A stretch of DNA of 64,000 nt from an uncultured Clostridia bacterium. GTDB taxonomy: Bacteria > Bacillota > Clostridia > Saccharofermentanales > Saccharofermentanaceae. The stretch spans positions 1,469 to 65,468 of the forward strand of contig CAMOWX010000001.1 in the NCBI GenBank assembly GCA_946628755.1, in the 5' to 3' direction. The notes beneath the pieces were generated by a model. It had not been told where the DNA came from, did not search any database, and saw only the letters and a program-made list of their open reading frames with translations. Of this stretch, positions 1 to 9,831 are shown one piece after another. Within the stretch, counting starts at the first letter, position 1. Every line of letters starts with the position of its first letter. The position numbers were made by a program, and so were the translations under genes.

Positions 1-2
1 TC

Positions 3-431
3 CCCGGAATGCGTGTAATGGAATTCGCGTTCAATCCCGGTGATGACAGCGCATTCATGCCTCATAACTTTACAAAGAATTGTGTTGCCTATACAGGAAC
101 ACACGATAACAATACGCTGCTCGGATGGCTGTGGGACAGCTCAGAGCAGGTGAGGAACTGCTGCCTTGAGTACTGCGGATTTGAAGGCGACAACTGGGGT
201 GACGGAGGAACGCGCAGCAAGTCCTGCCGTTCAATCATCAAGACGCTCTGGATGAGTCATGCCGATGTTGTTATCATACCTATCCAGGACATGCTCGGAT
301 ATGGTGCCGACACAAGGATGAATACGCCCGGAACCGCCAACGGCAACTGGCGTGTGAGATTCACCAAAGAAGACCTCGACGGCATCGACAATGACTGGTA
401 CACAAAACTTAACAGGGTATATTTCAGATAA
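3..431 (+). CDS. malQ: 4-alpha-glucanotransferase (GH77), C-terminal part, truncated by window edge
   Basis: Motifs YTGTHDNNT, IPIQDMLG, RMNTPGT..GNWR; frame is open to the window start. Confidence 0.93.
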   Translation, partial: PGMRVMEFAFNPGDDSAFMPHNFTKNCVAYTGTHDNNTLLGWLWDSSEQVRNCCLEYCGFEGDNWGDGGTRSKSCRSIIKTLWMSHADVVIIPIQDMLGYGADTRMNTPGTANGNWRVRFTKEDLDGIDNDWYTKLNRVYFR

Positions 432-1948
432 TGGGAAGCTTTATTCTTTGCATCGATCAGGGCACTACCTCAACGAAAGCTTTTCTTCTTGACCGTAAGG
501 GAATCCTTACGGCCGGTACTTCAGTGCCGATCACACAGATCTATCCCGAGCCCGGATTCGTGGAGCACGATCCGCGGGAGATTTACTATTCGGTTCTCAA
601 GGCGATAGCCAATGTGATATCGGAGAATCCTTTCGCGGTCAGGGACATTGACGGGATCGGGATAACTAATCAGCGAGAGACGACCATCGCTTTCGACAGG
701 AATACGAAGGAGAGTCCTTACAATGCCATTGTATGGCAGTGCAGAAGAACCGCAGAGATCTGCAGGCGGGGCGAGATTAAGTCGCGTGAGCAGGAGATAT
801 GCTCCAAGACCGGACTGAAGGTCGATCCTTATTTCTCTGCCACTAAGATGCTGTGGCTGCACGAGAATGTGCCGTCGACGGAGGATATGCTCCTTGCGAC
901 CGTTGACGGATATCTCGTATACAGATTAACGAACGGGAAGAGTTTTGCATCAGACTATTCAAACTGTTCGAGGACAATGATGTTCGATATCAATAAGCTC
1001 GATTACGATGATGATCTTCTGGGATTATTCAGAATCAGGAGAGATAAACTTGCTCAGCCAAAACCTTCATGCGCTGATTATGGTGAGGTTGAATTCACGA
1101 GGGAGGAACTGGGCTCATTTGATCTCGACAAAAAAGAGATCGAGCTCCTGATGACTCTTAACGGCGTTCATATTACCGGTGTTGCAGGCGACCAGCCGGC
1201 GGCACTGTTCGGACAGAATGCACTAAGCGAGGGTGACTGCAAGACCACATACGGCACGGGGTGTTTTACGCTCATGAATGTTGGCACAAAGCCGGTGTTC
1301 TCGAAGAACGGCCTTCTGACATCGGCTGCATGGTCGATTAACGGAGAGACATTTTATGCACTGGAAGGAAGTGTATTTCAGGGCGGATCGGTCATAAGCT
1401 GGCTCAAGGATGAGATGAGGATGATCGACAAGCCCTCCGATTGTGACGTGATCTGCAAGTCGATAGACAGCACTGACGGAGTATATCTCGTCCCTGCTTT
1501 CACCGGCCTCGGTGCGCCTTACTGGAACGCCGATGTGAGGGGGATCCTTACAGGCCTTACGAGGGGTTCCGGAAGGGCTCAGATAGTCAGGGCAAGCGTT
1601 GAATCGATCGCATATCAGGTGACGGAATTAGTTAATCTGATGACTGACGATACAGCCATACCGGCAAAGAATATGAAGGTTGACGGAGGCGTGTGTGCCT
1701 GCGATTTCCTTATGCAGTTCCAGTCAGATCTTCTGGGGATCGGAATAACGAGAGCCAGATCTGATGAGATGACAGCCATGGGCGCAGGTCTCATGGCAGG
1801 GCTCGGCTGCGGGTTCTATGATTCGCTTGATACCGTAAGCGGATTATATGAAGCCAGGACGCATTATCAGCCGCACATGTCGGCATATGAAGTATCGACT
1901 AAGATGAACGGATATAAAGCAGCGGTAAGGACGGCATTATCGACATGA
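431..1948 (+). CDS. glpK: Glycerol kinase (FGGY family)
   Basis: IDQGTTS, GITNQRETT, AIVWQCRRT, DPYFSATK, GDQ, TYGTGCF, VPAFTGLGAPYW. Confidence 0.93.
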   Translation: MGSFILCIDQGTTSTKAFLLDRKGILTAGTSVPITQIYPEPGFVEHDPREIYYSVLKAIANVISENPFAVRDIDGIGITNQRETTIAFDRNTKESPYNAIVWQCRRTAEICRRGEIKSREQEICSKTGLKVDPYFSATKMLWLHENVPSTEDMLLATVDGYLVYRLTNGKSFASDYSNCSRTMMFDINKLDYDDDLLGLFRIRRDKLAQPKPSCADYGEVEFTREELGSFDLDKKEIELLMTLNGVHITGVAGDQPAALFGQNALSEGDCKTTYGTGCFTLMNVGTKPVFSKNGLLTSAAWSINGETFYALEGSVFQGGSVISWLKDEMRMIDKPSDCDVICKSIDSTDGVYLVPAFTGLGAPYWNADVRGILTGLTRGSGRAQIVRASVESIAYQVTELVNLMTDDTAIPAKNMKVDGGVCACDFLMQFQSDLLGIGITRARSDEMTAMGAGLMAGLGCGFYDSLDTVSGLYEARTHYQPHMSAYEVSTKMNGYKAAVRTALST

Positions 1949-2871
1949 AGGATATATATACGGCACTTTTTCAATTGGTCATTTGCATGGCGCTCGGATT
2001 CATACTCCGCAAGAACAGGGTAATCAACGAGCGTTCGGAGAAGACACTTACGGAGATACTGCTTCAGGCAGTATTGCCTTTCTCAATAATCGCATCAAGC
2101 CAGTACCGGTATTCGGAAGAACTGTTCAATGGTCTTATCGCAGTTGCCATAGCTTCGACTCTTTATTACTGCGTCACGCTCCTCATCATGAGGATAATAA
2201 TGCGCAAGACGAGGGTATCCAATGATGAAGCGAGGGTAATGATATCGACGATCGTCTTTGCCAATACGGGATTCCTGGGACTGCCTATAATGGATTCGTT
2301 ATTCGGAGAGTCCGGACTCCTTCTGGCCGCCGTCTATAACATCCTGTTCAACATATTCTTCTACACATTCGGAATTCACATACTGTCCGGCAAGAGGTTC
2401 AAGATCAGCGAATTATTCCTTAATCCCGTAACTGCATCTTCAGTCATTGCTGTAATCCTGTTCATTATCCCCTGGAGGGTCCCGGCGTTTATTACCGATA
2501 CGGTCAATCTCGTCGGCAACATGATGATACCTCTGTCGATGATGGTTATGGGGTCGATCCTTACTACTGTCGATCTGAAGAAATTTTTTGTGGACGGCAA
2601 GGCATTTGTCGTGTCTTTGCTGAGGCTTGTCGTAATTCCTGCCGTAATGTTCTTGTTTGTTTTCTCGATCGGTAAGATCATTCCGATATCACAGCAGACA
2701 GCCTCGGTAATCATACTCATGACAGCTCTGCCCTGCGGTGTTATCAATGTGCTTGTAGCAGAGAAAGAGAACAGGGCGCCCAAATTCGCGGCAAGAACTA
2801 TCATTATGTCATTTGTCTTCATGATGATAACTCTGCCGGTCTTCGTATATCTGTGCCATAGATTTTTCTGA
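1945..2871 (+). CDS. AEC (auxin efflux carrier) family transporter
   Basis: About 10 hydrophobic helices, FANTGFLGLP and ALPCG motifs, 308 aa. Confidence 0.85.
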   Translation: MKDIYTALFQLVICMALGFILRKNRVINERSEKTLTEILLQAVLPFSIIASSQYRYSEELFNGLIAVAIASTLYYCVTLLIMRIIMRKTRVSNDEARVMISTIVFANTGFLGLPIMDSLFGESGLLLAAVYNILFNIFFYTFGIHILSGKRFKISELFLNPVTASSVIAVILFIIPWRVPAFITDTVNLVGNMMIPLSMMVMGSILTTVDLKKFFVDGKAFVVSLLRLVVIPAVMFLFVFSIGKIIPISQQTASVIILMTALPCGVINVLVAEKENRAPKFAARTIIMSFVFMMITLPVFVYLCHRFF

Positions 2872-2886
2872 CCGGAGTGATTTGAG

Positions 2887-3624
2887 ATGGATAAGAGTAA
2901 ATACATTCTTCAGGAGACAATAGACAACAAAAGACTTAACGCACTGATGAACGATGTCCGCCAGGATCCGTCCGAGGAGAACATGGTGGAATTGCTCAAG
3001 GAAGCGGCCGTGTCAACTTTTATTGTTCCGTTAAGCATATCGGATGACGGCAAAGCCTGCATCCAGGGTATGAACAATTCACAGGGCAAACAGTATATGG
3101 TCGTCTTTGCGGATACAAAGAGTTATAAGATCAAATGCGGCGGTGAACCGATGTACGGAGTTACTTCAAAATTCGAGGAACTCATAGAGGTTTGCCTGGG
3201 CAATGCAGCTGTTGAAGGATTTGTCATAAACCCCGGATTTGAGGAGGTTATTTTCGGTAAGGACATGCTGTCAATGATCGCTGATACGATGCACGGCGGC
3301 GATGATACTGCCAAGGTGGGAGAGCCCGATCACTATCCGGCAAAGCTTCACGGAATGCTGGCTGAATTTCTCAAAGTTGAACCTTCCGTTAATAAGATAT
3401 GGGTGCGCCTCATGAAGGTCAACAAGAGCGGAGAACTCAGGTGGCTTTTTATTCTCGAAGGTGACAATGAAGGTTATGCAGAGAAGAAAGACTACGTGCA
3501 TGATACATTCAGGAATTACATCAGACAGTACCTTGACGGACTTGATCTGATGTGTGCATCTTCCGCAGATGAATTTGCTTCCAAAGTAATAGAAGGTGTG
3601 GATCCTTACATAACAAGAGATTAG
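2887..3624 (+). CDS. SseB family protein (SseB N- and C-terminal domains)
   Basis: FIVP, VVFAD, GFVINP, then VGEP..YP linker into a C-terminal domain. Confidence 0.7.
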   Translation: MDKSKYILQETIDNKRLNALMNDVRQDPSEENMVELLKEAAVSTFIVPLSISDDGKACIQGMNNSQGKQYMVVFADTKSYKIKCGGEPMYGVTSKFEELIEVCLGNAAVEGFVINPGFEEVIFGKDMLSMIADTMHGGDDTAKVGEPDHYPAKLHGMLAEFLKVEPSVNKIWVRLMKVNKSGELRWLFILEGDNEGYAEKKDYVHDTFRNYIRQYLDGLDLMCASSADEFASKVIEGVDPYITRD

Positions 3625-3638
3625 AGGAATTATCACGG

Positions 3639-4295
3639 ATGAAGGACAGATATCTGGCAGTCGTTATCATATTGCTGCTCCTGCTCTTTGCCGTGGTGGG
3701 AGTGGCTCTGATGTCCAAGAAGATCGGTGATCAGAAAAAGACCGAGCGGGATGAACAGGCCTACGCGGAGCTGTGTTCAAAGCTTAACGAATGTGATGTC
3801 ACCATCTACTGGATCGGCGATTTTCCGCAGCAGCTCTCATCCGTCAGATCGAAATGCGTTTTCCCCGAAGTGATAACGGAGGAGACGATGCCGATGGTGA
3901 GTCCGGGCACACATATCGTCGAGAGGGATCCTGATGGCAATATAGTTAAGGAACTGATCCCTGTCGAATACACTGAGCATTTGTACATCATAATCAACAA
4001 AAGGGTGCTGACGGAAGATGAATACAGTGTTATCAGAGACTGTATCAGGGACAACGGGGTAAGGGCGCTGGTATTCGGCAGAGATGCGGTAAATGCGTTC
4101 AGGAATTTCCTTATCCTCATTCCGATGGAATACAAGGAGAACGATTCAATGGCTTTCAGCATGGATGAAGGAGCTGCAAGCTACATTATCAAGGATTGTA
4201 CGGACTACAGTGAAATAATTACATATTTATTGGGAGATATGGAGAAGCATGGCGATAGATTTATCGAAAACAACACAGATCACAGCAAGGGTTGA
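3639..4295 (+). CDS. Hypothetical membrane-anchored protein
   Basis: N-terminal hydrophobic helix; SD-like AGAGGA; 3' end overlaps prfA. Confidence 0.7.
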   Translation: MKDRYLAVVIILLLLLFAVVGVALMSKKIGDQKKTERDEQAYAELCSKLNECDVTIYWIGDFPQQLSSVRSKCVFPEVITEETMPMVSPGTHIVERDPDGNIVKELIPVEYTEHLYIIINKRVLTEDEYSVIRDCIRDNGVRALVFGRDAVNAFRNFLILIPMEYKENDSMAFSMDEGAASYIIKDCTDYSEIITYLLGDMEKHGDRFIENNTDHSKG

Positions 4296-5337
4296 CGAGA
4301 TCACTACTGCGCTGTCGGATCCTTCCGTCGCATCAGACATGAAGGAATATATGCGCCTGAGCAAGGAGCTTGCCGACCTCACGCCAAAGGCGGAGACGAT
4401 ACGCCGGTATGAAGCTGCGATCAAGAGCATGGAAGAGGCTCTGGAGATAATGGATAACGAGTCAGATCCGGAACTCAGGGAGATGGCTTCCGAGGAATAT
4501 GAGCAGAGCAGGAGCGAGGCGGAAGCGCTGGAGAAAGAGATCAAGATAATCCTGGCACCCCGTGATATTCGTGATGAACGCTCCGTAATCATGGAGATAA
4601 GGGCCGGAGCCGGCGGCGAGGAAGCGGCATTGTTTGCTGCGACATTAGTCAAAATGTATACGGGATATGCCGCAGTAAGAGGCTTCACGGTCAAGACAGT
4701 CGATGAGAACAGAACCGAACTCGGAGGCTTCAAAGAGATAGTCATGGAGATAGAAGGTTACGGTGCTTACTCACGTCTCAAGTTCGAGAGCGGTGTTCAC
4801 CGTGTACAGCGTGTTCCTGTGACGGAATCCGGCGGCAGGATACATACTTCAACGTGCACCGTGGCAGTTCTTCCCGAAGCAGATGCAGCTGATGTGGTCA
4901 TCAATCCGTCCGACCTTAAGATCGACCGTTACAGGGCATCGGGTGCAGGCGGTCAGCATATTAATAAAACTGATTCGGCCATCAGGATTACACACATTCC
5001 GACAGGACTTGTTGTACAGTGTCAGGATGAGCGGAGCCAGATCAAAAACAAAGACAAAGCTATGGCTGTTCTTCAGAGCCGCTTGTGGGAGATGACCAGA
5101 AGACAGGAGAAGGATGCGATAGACAGTGACCGCCGCTCCCAGGTGGGAACAGGTGACAGGTCTGAGAGGATCAGGACATATAATTACCATCAGGGTCGTG
5201 TGACAGATCACAGGATCGGATTGACTTTGTATAAGCTCGAGGAGATACTTAACGGTTCGCTCGATGAGATAATAGATGCATTGACAGTTGCCGCGGCAGC
5301 AGACGGGCTCGGCAGCGGAGCAGATGACGAGGATTGA
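4249..5337 (+). CDS. prfA: Peptide chain release factor 1
   Basis: GGQ motif ([10 protein letters not shown]), RF1 PVT recognition motif, SERIRTYN. Confidence 0.98.
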   Translation: MAIDLSKTTQITARVDEITTALSDPSVASDMKEYMRLSKELADLTPKAETIRRYEAAIKSMEEALEIMDNESDPELREMASEEYEQSRSEAEALEKEIKIILAPRDIRDERSVIMEIRAGAGGEEAALFAATLVKMYTGYAAVRGFTVKTVDENRTELGGFKEIVMEIEGYGAYSRLKFESGVHRVQRVPVTESGGRIHTSTCTVAVLPEADAADVVINPSDLKIDRYRASGAGGQHINKTDSAIRITHIPTGLVVQCQDERSQIKNKDKAMAVLQSRLWEMTRRQEKDAIDSDRRSQVGTGDRSERIRTYNYHQGRVTDHRIGLTLYKLEEILNGSLDEIIDALTVAAAADGLGSGADDED

Positions 5338-5361
5338 TTAATATCAGGAGATGACAGAGCT

Positions 5362-7155
5362 ATGGAACGTACAAAAAGATATTCAAAAACCTATCTGATA
5401 AGTGCCGGAGATGATAAAGGGGTAGAGGACCTGGCAAAGCGCCTCAGGGATGGGGAAGTCATAGGCTTCCCGACGGAGACCGTATACGGACTCGGAGCAG
5501 ATGCAACCAACAAGGATGCTGTGGTAAGGATATTCGAAGCCAAGGGCAGACCGTCAGATAATCCTCTGATCTGCCATATCGCTGACAAAGAGCAGATCGG
5601 CGATATCGTGAAAGATATAACACCTGTTGCACATAAGTTGATAGATGCATTTATGCCCGGTCCGATAACTGTGATCATGAAGAAGAGTGATGTTATCCCT
5701 GATGAGGTAACTGCAGGCCTCGATACTGTGGGTGTGAGGATGCCCTCCAATCAGGCAGCACATGATTTTCTCAAAGCCTGCGGCGTTCCTGTGGCAGCTC
5801 CTTCAGCTAACCTGTCAGGCAGCCCTTCACCTACAAGGGCAGAACACGTGATGAATGACATGGACGGCTACATCTACGGGATAATTGACGGCGGTGAATG
5901 TCTGTTCGGACTCGAGTCTACGGTAGTTGATGCGACAGGAGATATTCCTGTAATACTCAGACCGGGGGCGATAACACCGAATGCTGTCAAGGAAGTATGC
6001 GGAGATGTAAAGCTTGCCGATGTCCTTAAGGACGGAGAGATACCCAAAGCCCCGGGGATGAAATACAGGCACTATGCACCCAAAGCAACGGTGGAGATTA
6101 TGAATCTCCCGGCAAAAGCCGTGATCATAAATGATGAACTTCAGGATGATTCATATGATGCAAGTGATGACAAGTCACACCTTGATTTCAAGAAGCTCGA
6201 TGATGATGCAAAGCAGGATCTTGTCGATATCGCGGCACCGTTTGTATTCAGGATCAGAGAGATTTTGAAGGATTCTCCAGCCGCCAGGATCGGTATATAT
6301 GCAGGCGATGAGGTCTGTGCCCTGATAGATAAGCTGGGCGATAAGATAATATCCGCACATACAGAGACATATGCATATGGAAGATCTCTGGATGTGGCTC
6401 GTGCAAGTCACTTCCTTTTCGACGGGATGAGGCATCTTGATTTACAGGATGTCGGTATAATACTGGCACAGGGATTCGGCGGCAGCGGTCTGTCCAAGGC
6501 TTACATGAACAGGCTGGGCAAAGCGAGCGGGAGAACAGGCGATGTGCCTGAAGGGGCGGCATATGAGGAGGCTTCACGATATGCTGATCTTGAGTCATTT
6601 GAGGGAACATATACAGCGTCAGTGCTTTTTGTATGTGACGACAACAAGAGGCTGTCGCCCGCGTGCGAAGGGATATTTACTGATCTGATAAGGAGAAAAG
6701 CACCGTTCAGGCTGAGAGATGACAGGAAGGTGGGCTGCGAGCTTTATGCGGAATCCGCCGGTATAAGGGCATATCAGGATGAGCAGCTCGATCAGGATAT
6801 GACTGATGCTGTAATGGAGTCGTGCGGTGTAAACATATCATCTTACCGTACGAGGAGGACAGAGCCTTCGGTCTACGATGCCAACGACCTTATCTTTACG
6901 ATGAGGGACGAACAGGCATATGAGATACTTAAGTCTTTTCCCGAACTTGAGGGAAAGGTGTTCTCGTTATCATCCTACTGTGCAGACAAAGGTCTTGTTT
7001 TCAAGAGTGAGGACGGGCGCGTGGCGTCAATATCCATTCCGGATCCGAGAGGGGAGAATAAGGCAACATACCTTCATACGGCATCGGCACTCAAAGCATG
7101 GCTGGAGTTGATCTTTCCCTATGTTTTGAAAGATCTCGGGATCGAGAGATGCTGA
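5362..7155 (+). CDS. sua5: L-threonylcarbamoyladenylate synthase (Sua5) fused to a C-terminal LMW-phosphatase-like domain
   Basis: FPTETVYGLGA, AKGRPSDNPLI, APSANLSG, APGMKYRHYAP; C-terminal VLFVC...ESAGI...IPDP. Confidence 0.9.
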   Translation: MERTKRYSKTYLISAGDDKGVEDLAKRLRDGEVIGFPTETVYGLGADATNKDAVVRIFEAKGRPSDNPLICHIADKEQIGDIVKDITPVAHKLIDAFMPGPITVIMKKSDVIPDEVTAGLDTVGVRMPSNQAAHDFLKACGVPVAAPSANLSGSPSPTRAEHVMNDMDGYIYGIIDGGECLFGLESTVVDATGDIPVILRPGAITPNAVKEVCGDVKLADVLKDGEIPKAPGMKYRHYAPKATVEIMNLPAKAVIINDELQDDSYDASDDKSHLDFKKLDDDAKQDLVDIAAPFVFRIREILKDSPAARIGIYAGDEVCALIDKLGDKIISAHTETYAYGRSLDVARASHFLFDGMRHLDLQDVGIILAQGFGGSGLSKAYMNRLGKASGRTGDVPEGAAYEEASRYADLESFEGTYTASVLFVCDDNKRLSPACEGIFTDLIRRKAPFRLRDDRKVGCELYAESAGIRAYQDEQLDQDMTDAVMESCGVNISSYRTRRTEPSVYDANDLIFTMRDEQAYEILKSFPELEGKVFSLSSYCADKGLVFKSEDGRVASISIPDPRGENKATYLHTASALKAWLELIFPYVLKDLGIERC

Positions 7156-7231
7156 TCTGCCGTTAGGTTATTAACAAAAGCCTACCAATGTGGTATATTT
7201 TGCGTGATCTAAAAGAAAAGAGGTTTTGAAC

Positions 7232-7732
7232 ATGAAGACAAACAAGAGGGGCGGCAGTAAACTGCCGATAATCATTACAGCAGCTGCTTTGATCGTTGCA
7301 GCAGGCGTATTTGCATTAGTTTATTTCCTTAATAAACCCAAGCCGGATGAGACGGCAAAAGATGCGGCTGTCTCATCTGATGCAAACGGAAGTGATGTAT
7401 CACAGGCACAGCAGGGCGCCAAGGCATATACCTTTACGGTTGTGGGCAAGGACGGATCATCCAAGGATTACGCAGGCAGAACAGATGCCGCATACCTTAA
7501 GGATCTCATGGATGACATGACAAAGAACGGCGACTTCACTTATGTAGGCGAAGAAGGCCAGTACGGTCTGTTCGTTACGACGATCAACGGAGTTAAGGCA
7601 GACTTTAATACGGATGCTTCTTACTGGGCTATCTATGTTAACGGCGAGTATGGCAGTTATGGCATCTCTGAGCAGCCTGTTAACGACGGTGATTCCTTCA
7701 AGTTCGTTTACGAGACATCAGAGGGACAGTGA
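7232..7732 (+). CDS. DUF4430 (transcobalamin beta-domain-like) membrane-anchored protein, probable cobalamin binder
   Basis: TM anchor; YGLFVTTINGV, YWAIYVNG, GD..F.Y motifs; ATG at 7232 preferred from SD spacing. Confidence 0.75.
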   Translation: MKTNKRGGSKLPIIITAAALIVAAGVFALVYFLNKPKPDETAKDAAVSSDANGSDVSQAQQGAKAYTFTVVGKDGSSKDYAGRTDAAYLKDLMDDMTKNGDFTYVGEEGQYGLFVTTINGVKADFNTDASYWAIYVNGEYGSYGISEQPVNDGDSFKFVYETSEGQ

Positions 7733-8280
7733 GCAAGGCGATATTTACCATTAAGGACATCGCGACCATTGGCGTTATGGTTGCCCTGACAGAGGCTGTC
7801 AAATGGGCACTTCAGAGCATACCGAACGTCGAGATGGTCACGCTGCTCTTTATGGTATTCGCCGTAACATACGGGCTTAAGAGCTGTATTGTTGCTCTTA
7901 TCTTTACGGGAGTTGAGACTCTTATCTGGGGGCCGCATATATGGGTGCTGATGTACCTGTATATATGGCCTCTTTTGATCATTACCGCATACATCATGGG
8001 GAAGCGCAAGCTGCCTGACTGGTGCTTTGTATTCCTGGGTGGTTTTTACGGACTGTTTTTTGGTATGATATGTGCAATACCATACCTCTTCTTCGGAGGA
8101 CTTAAAGTTGCAGTTGCATGGTGGATTGCCGGTATACCGTTTGATATTATGCACTGCATAAGTAACACAGTCATTGCACTGGTACTGTTTAAGCCGCTTC
8201 GCAAGGCTATGACAATGATAATCGGATCGCCGTACAAGGGAGGGCAAGATGAGAATAACAGATATACTGAACAGGGGTGA
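7729..8280 (+). CDS. ECF transporter S component (CbrT-like, probable cobalamin)
   Basis: IPNVEMVT and GIPFDIMH..SN motifs, about 6 helices, context with DUF4430 and metH. Confidence 0.75.
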   Translation: MSKAIFTIKDIATIGVMVALTEAVKWALQSIPNVEMVTLLFMVFAVTYGLKSCIVALIFTGVETLIWGPHIWVLMYLYIWPLLIITAYIMGKRKLPDWCFVFLGGFYGLFFGMICAIPYLFFGGLKVAVAWWIAGIPFDIMHCISNTVIALVLFKPLRKAMTMIIGSPYKGGQDENNRYTEQG

Positions 8281-9136
8281 GATGTCGCTGTCTTATGAGG
8301 TTTTTCCTCCGAAGAAAGAGACTTCTCTTGAGAGCGTGCTGGAGGCGGCCGGTGAGATAGCCGCACTTAAGCCTTCATTCATGAGCGTAACATATGGCGC
8401 AGGCGGGGGAACGAGTGAATATACGCTCCGCCTGAGCAGCGAGCTGGAGCATAAGTATAATGTCCCGATCCTTGCACATCTTACATGCGTGTCATCTGAC
8501 AGGGAGACTGTCAGAAGAAGGATAACGGAACTGAAGGATGCAGGGATAAAGAACATCATGGCACTGCGGGGCGATATTCCGTCTGACATGGCCGATTCCG
8601 ACAGGAGCAGCTGGGATTATCATTACGCCATAGAACTCATACAGGAGATAAAGAGCATATATCCCGAGTGCTGCATAGGTGCCGCATGCTATCCCGAGAT
8701 CCATCCGGAGAGCAAAAATCAGAGAGATGACCTTATGCACCTCAAGGCCAAAGTCGATGCAGGAGTTGATTTCCTTACGACGCAGATGATATTCGACAAC
8801 AACCTGTTCTTCAATTTCCTTTACAAGCTCCGCGATATGGGCGTCACGGTGCCGGTGCTGCCGGGCATAATGCCGATCACAAAGGCGGTTCAGGTTGAGC
8901 GTGCCGTCAAACTGTCAGGAGCCTACATGCCCGTCAGGTTCCGTTCCATCGTTGACAGGTTCGGACCGGACGATTCCGCGATGACGCAGGCAGGGATAAT
9001 CTATGCCACAGATCAGATCATTGATCTGTATGCCAACGGGATCACGAACGTACACGTGTATTCGATGAATAAGCCGGAAGTTGCAAGGGGCATCAAGGAG
9101 AGCCTGTCATCAATCCTCGGCCGCGAATTCGCATGA
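8249..9136 (+). CDS. metF: Methylenetetrahydrofolate reductase
   Basis: SYEVFPPK, SVTYGAGG, AHLTC, ALRGD, YPEIH, KVDAG..FLTTQ. Confidence 0.96.
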   Translation: MRITDILNRGEMSLSYEVFPPKKETSLESVLEAAGEIAALKPSFMSVTYGAGGGTSEYTLRLSSELEHKYNVPILAHLTCVSSDRETVRRRITELKDAGIKNIMALRGDIPSDMADSDRSSWDYHYAIELIQEIKSIYPECCIGAACYPEIHPESKNQRDDLMHLKAKVDAGVDFLTTQMIFDNNLFFNFLYKLRDMGVTVPVLPGIMPITKAVQVERAVKLSGAYMPVRFRSIVDRFGPDDSAMTQAGIIYATDQIIDLYANGITNVHVYSMNKPEVARGIKESLSSILGREFA

Positions 9137-9777
9137 GCAATTACAACATTGAAGTCCGTCAATACAGTGCATCCGATCTGCCTCCGATAGATCTCAAGGA
9201 GGTCTGGAGGTACACGGGTTCGAGGCAGGTACCTTCCGGAGGCCCCCTCGCCGATCTGATGGATGAGATGCTGTCGGAATACGGCGGCATAGCACGAGGC
9301 AAGGTGTGTTTTGTGAGAGCCCCGCATCTTCCTTTCAGATCTGATTCCAAAGGCCTGGCGAAAGTAATAGCCGGCAGCAGCGAGGTTATAGTCTTTGCTG
9401 CAACGGTTGGCTACGAATTTGACAGGATCATCGGACGGTTCAAGCGTTCATCCCCGTCCAAAGCACTTATAATGCAGGCTCTCGGTGCGGAACGCGTTGA
9501 GGCTCTCTGTGACCTGTTCTGTTCAGGCTTTAATGGGCGTACGGCAAGGTATTCCCCGGGCTACGGCGACATGCCCCTGGAGTCGCAGAAGGATGTTTTC
9601 GAGCTGCTTCAGTGCGAATCGAAGATCGGGATATCTCTTAATGAGAGTCTGCTCATGACCCCGTCAAAGTCCGTAACGGCGATATTCGGGATCCGTGAAG
9701 GTTCTGTGAGTGCTGACGGACACGATTGCAGCATGTGCGGACTTACGGGATGTTCAATGAGGCGGGAGCAGCCTTAG
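9133..9777 (+). CDS. Stand-alone B12-dependent methionine synthase activation domain
   Basis: FAATVG, RYSPGYGDMPL, MTPSKSVTA, C-terminal CxxCxxxxC. Confidence 0.88.
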   Translation: MSNYNIEVRQYSASDLPPIDLKEVWRYTGSRQVPSGGPLADLMDEMLSEYGGIARGKVCFVRAPHLPFRSDSKGLAKVIAGSSEVIVFAATVGYEFDRIIGRFKRSSPSKALIMQALGAERVEALCDLFCSGFNGRTARYSPGYGDMPLESQKDVFELLQCESKIGISLNESLLMTPSKSVTAIFGIREGSVSADGHDCSMCGLTGCSMRREQP

Positions 9778-9831
9778 ATTAACAGCAAAAATATGCTATA
9801 CTTTCTCTATCTGTGCGGAGGTTAGTGAACG

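Noticed and set aside
3639-4295. prmC, expected next to prfA
   Set aside because: No NPPY or SAM-binding motif; the protein is membrane-anchored.
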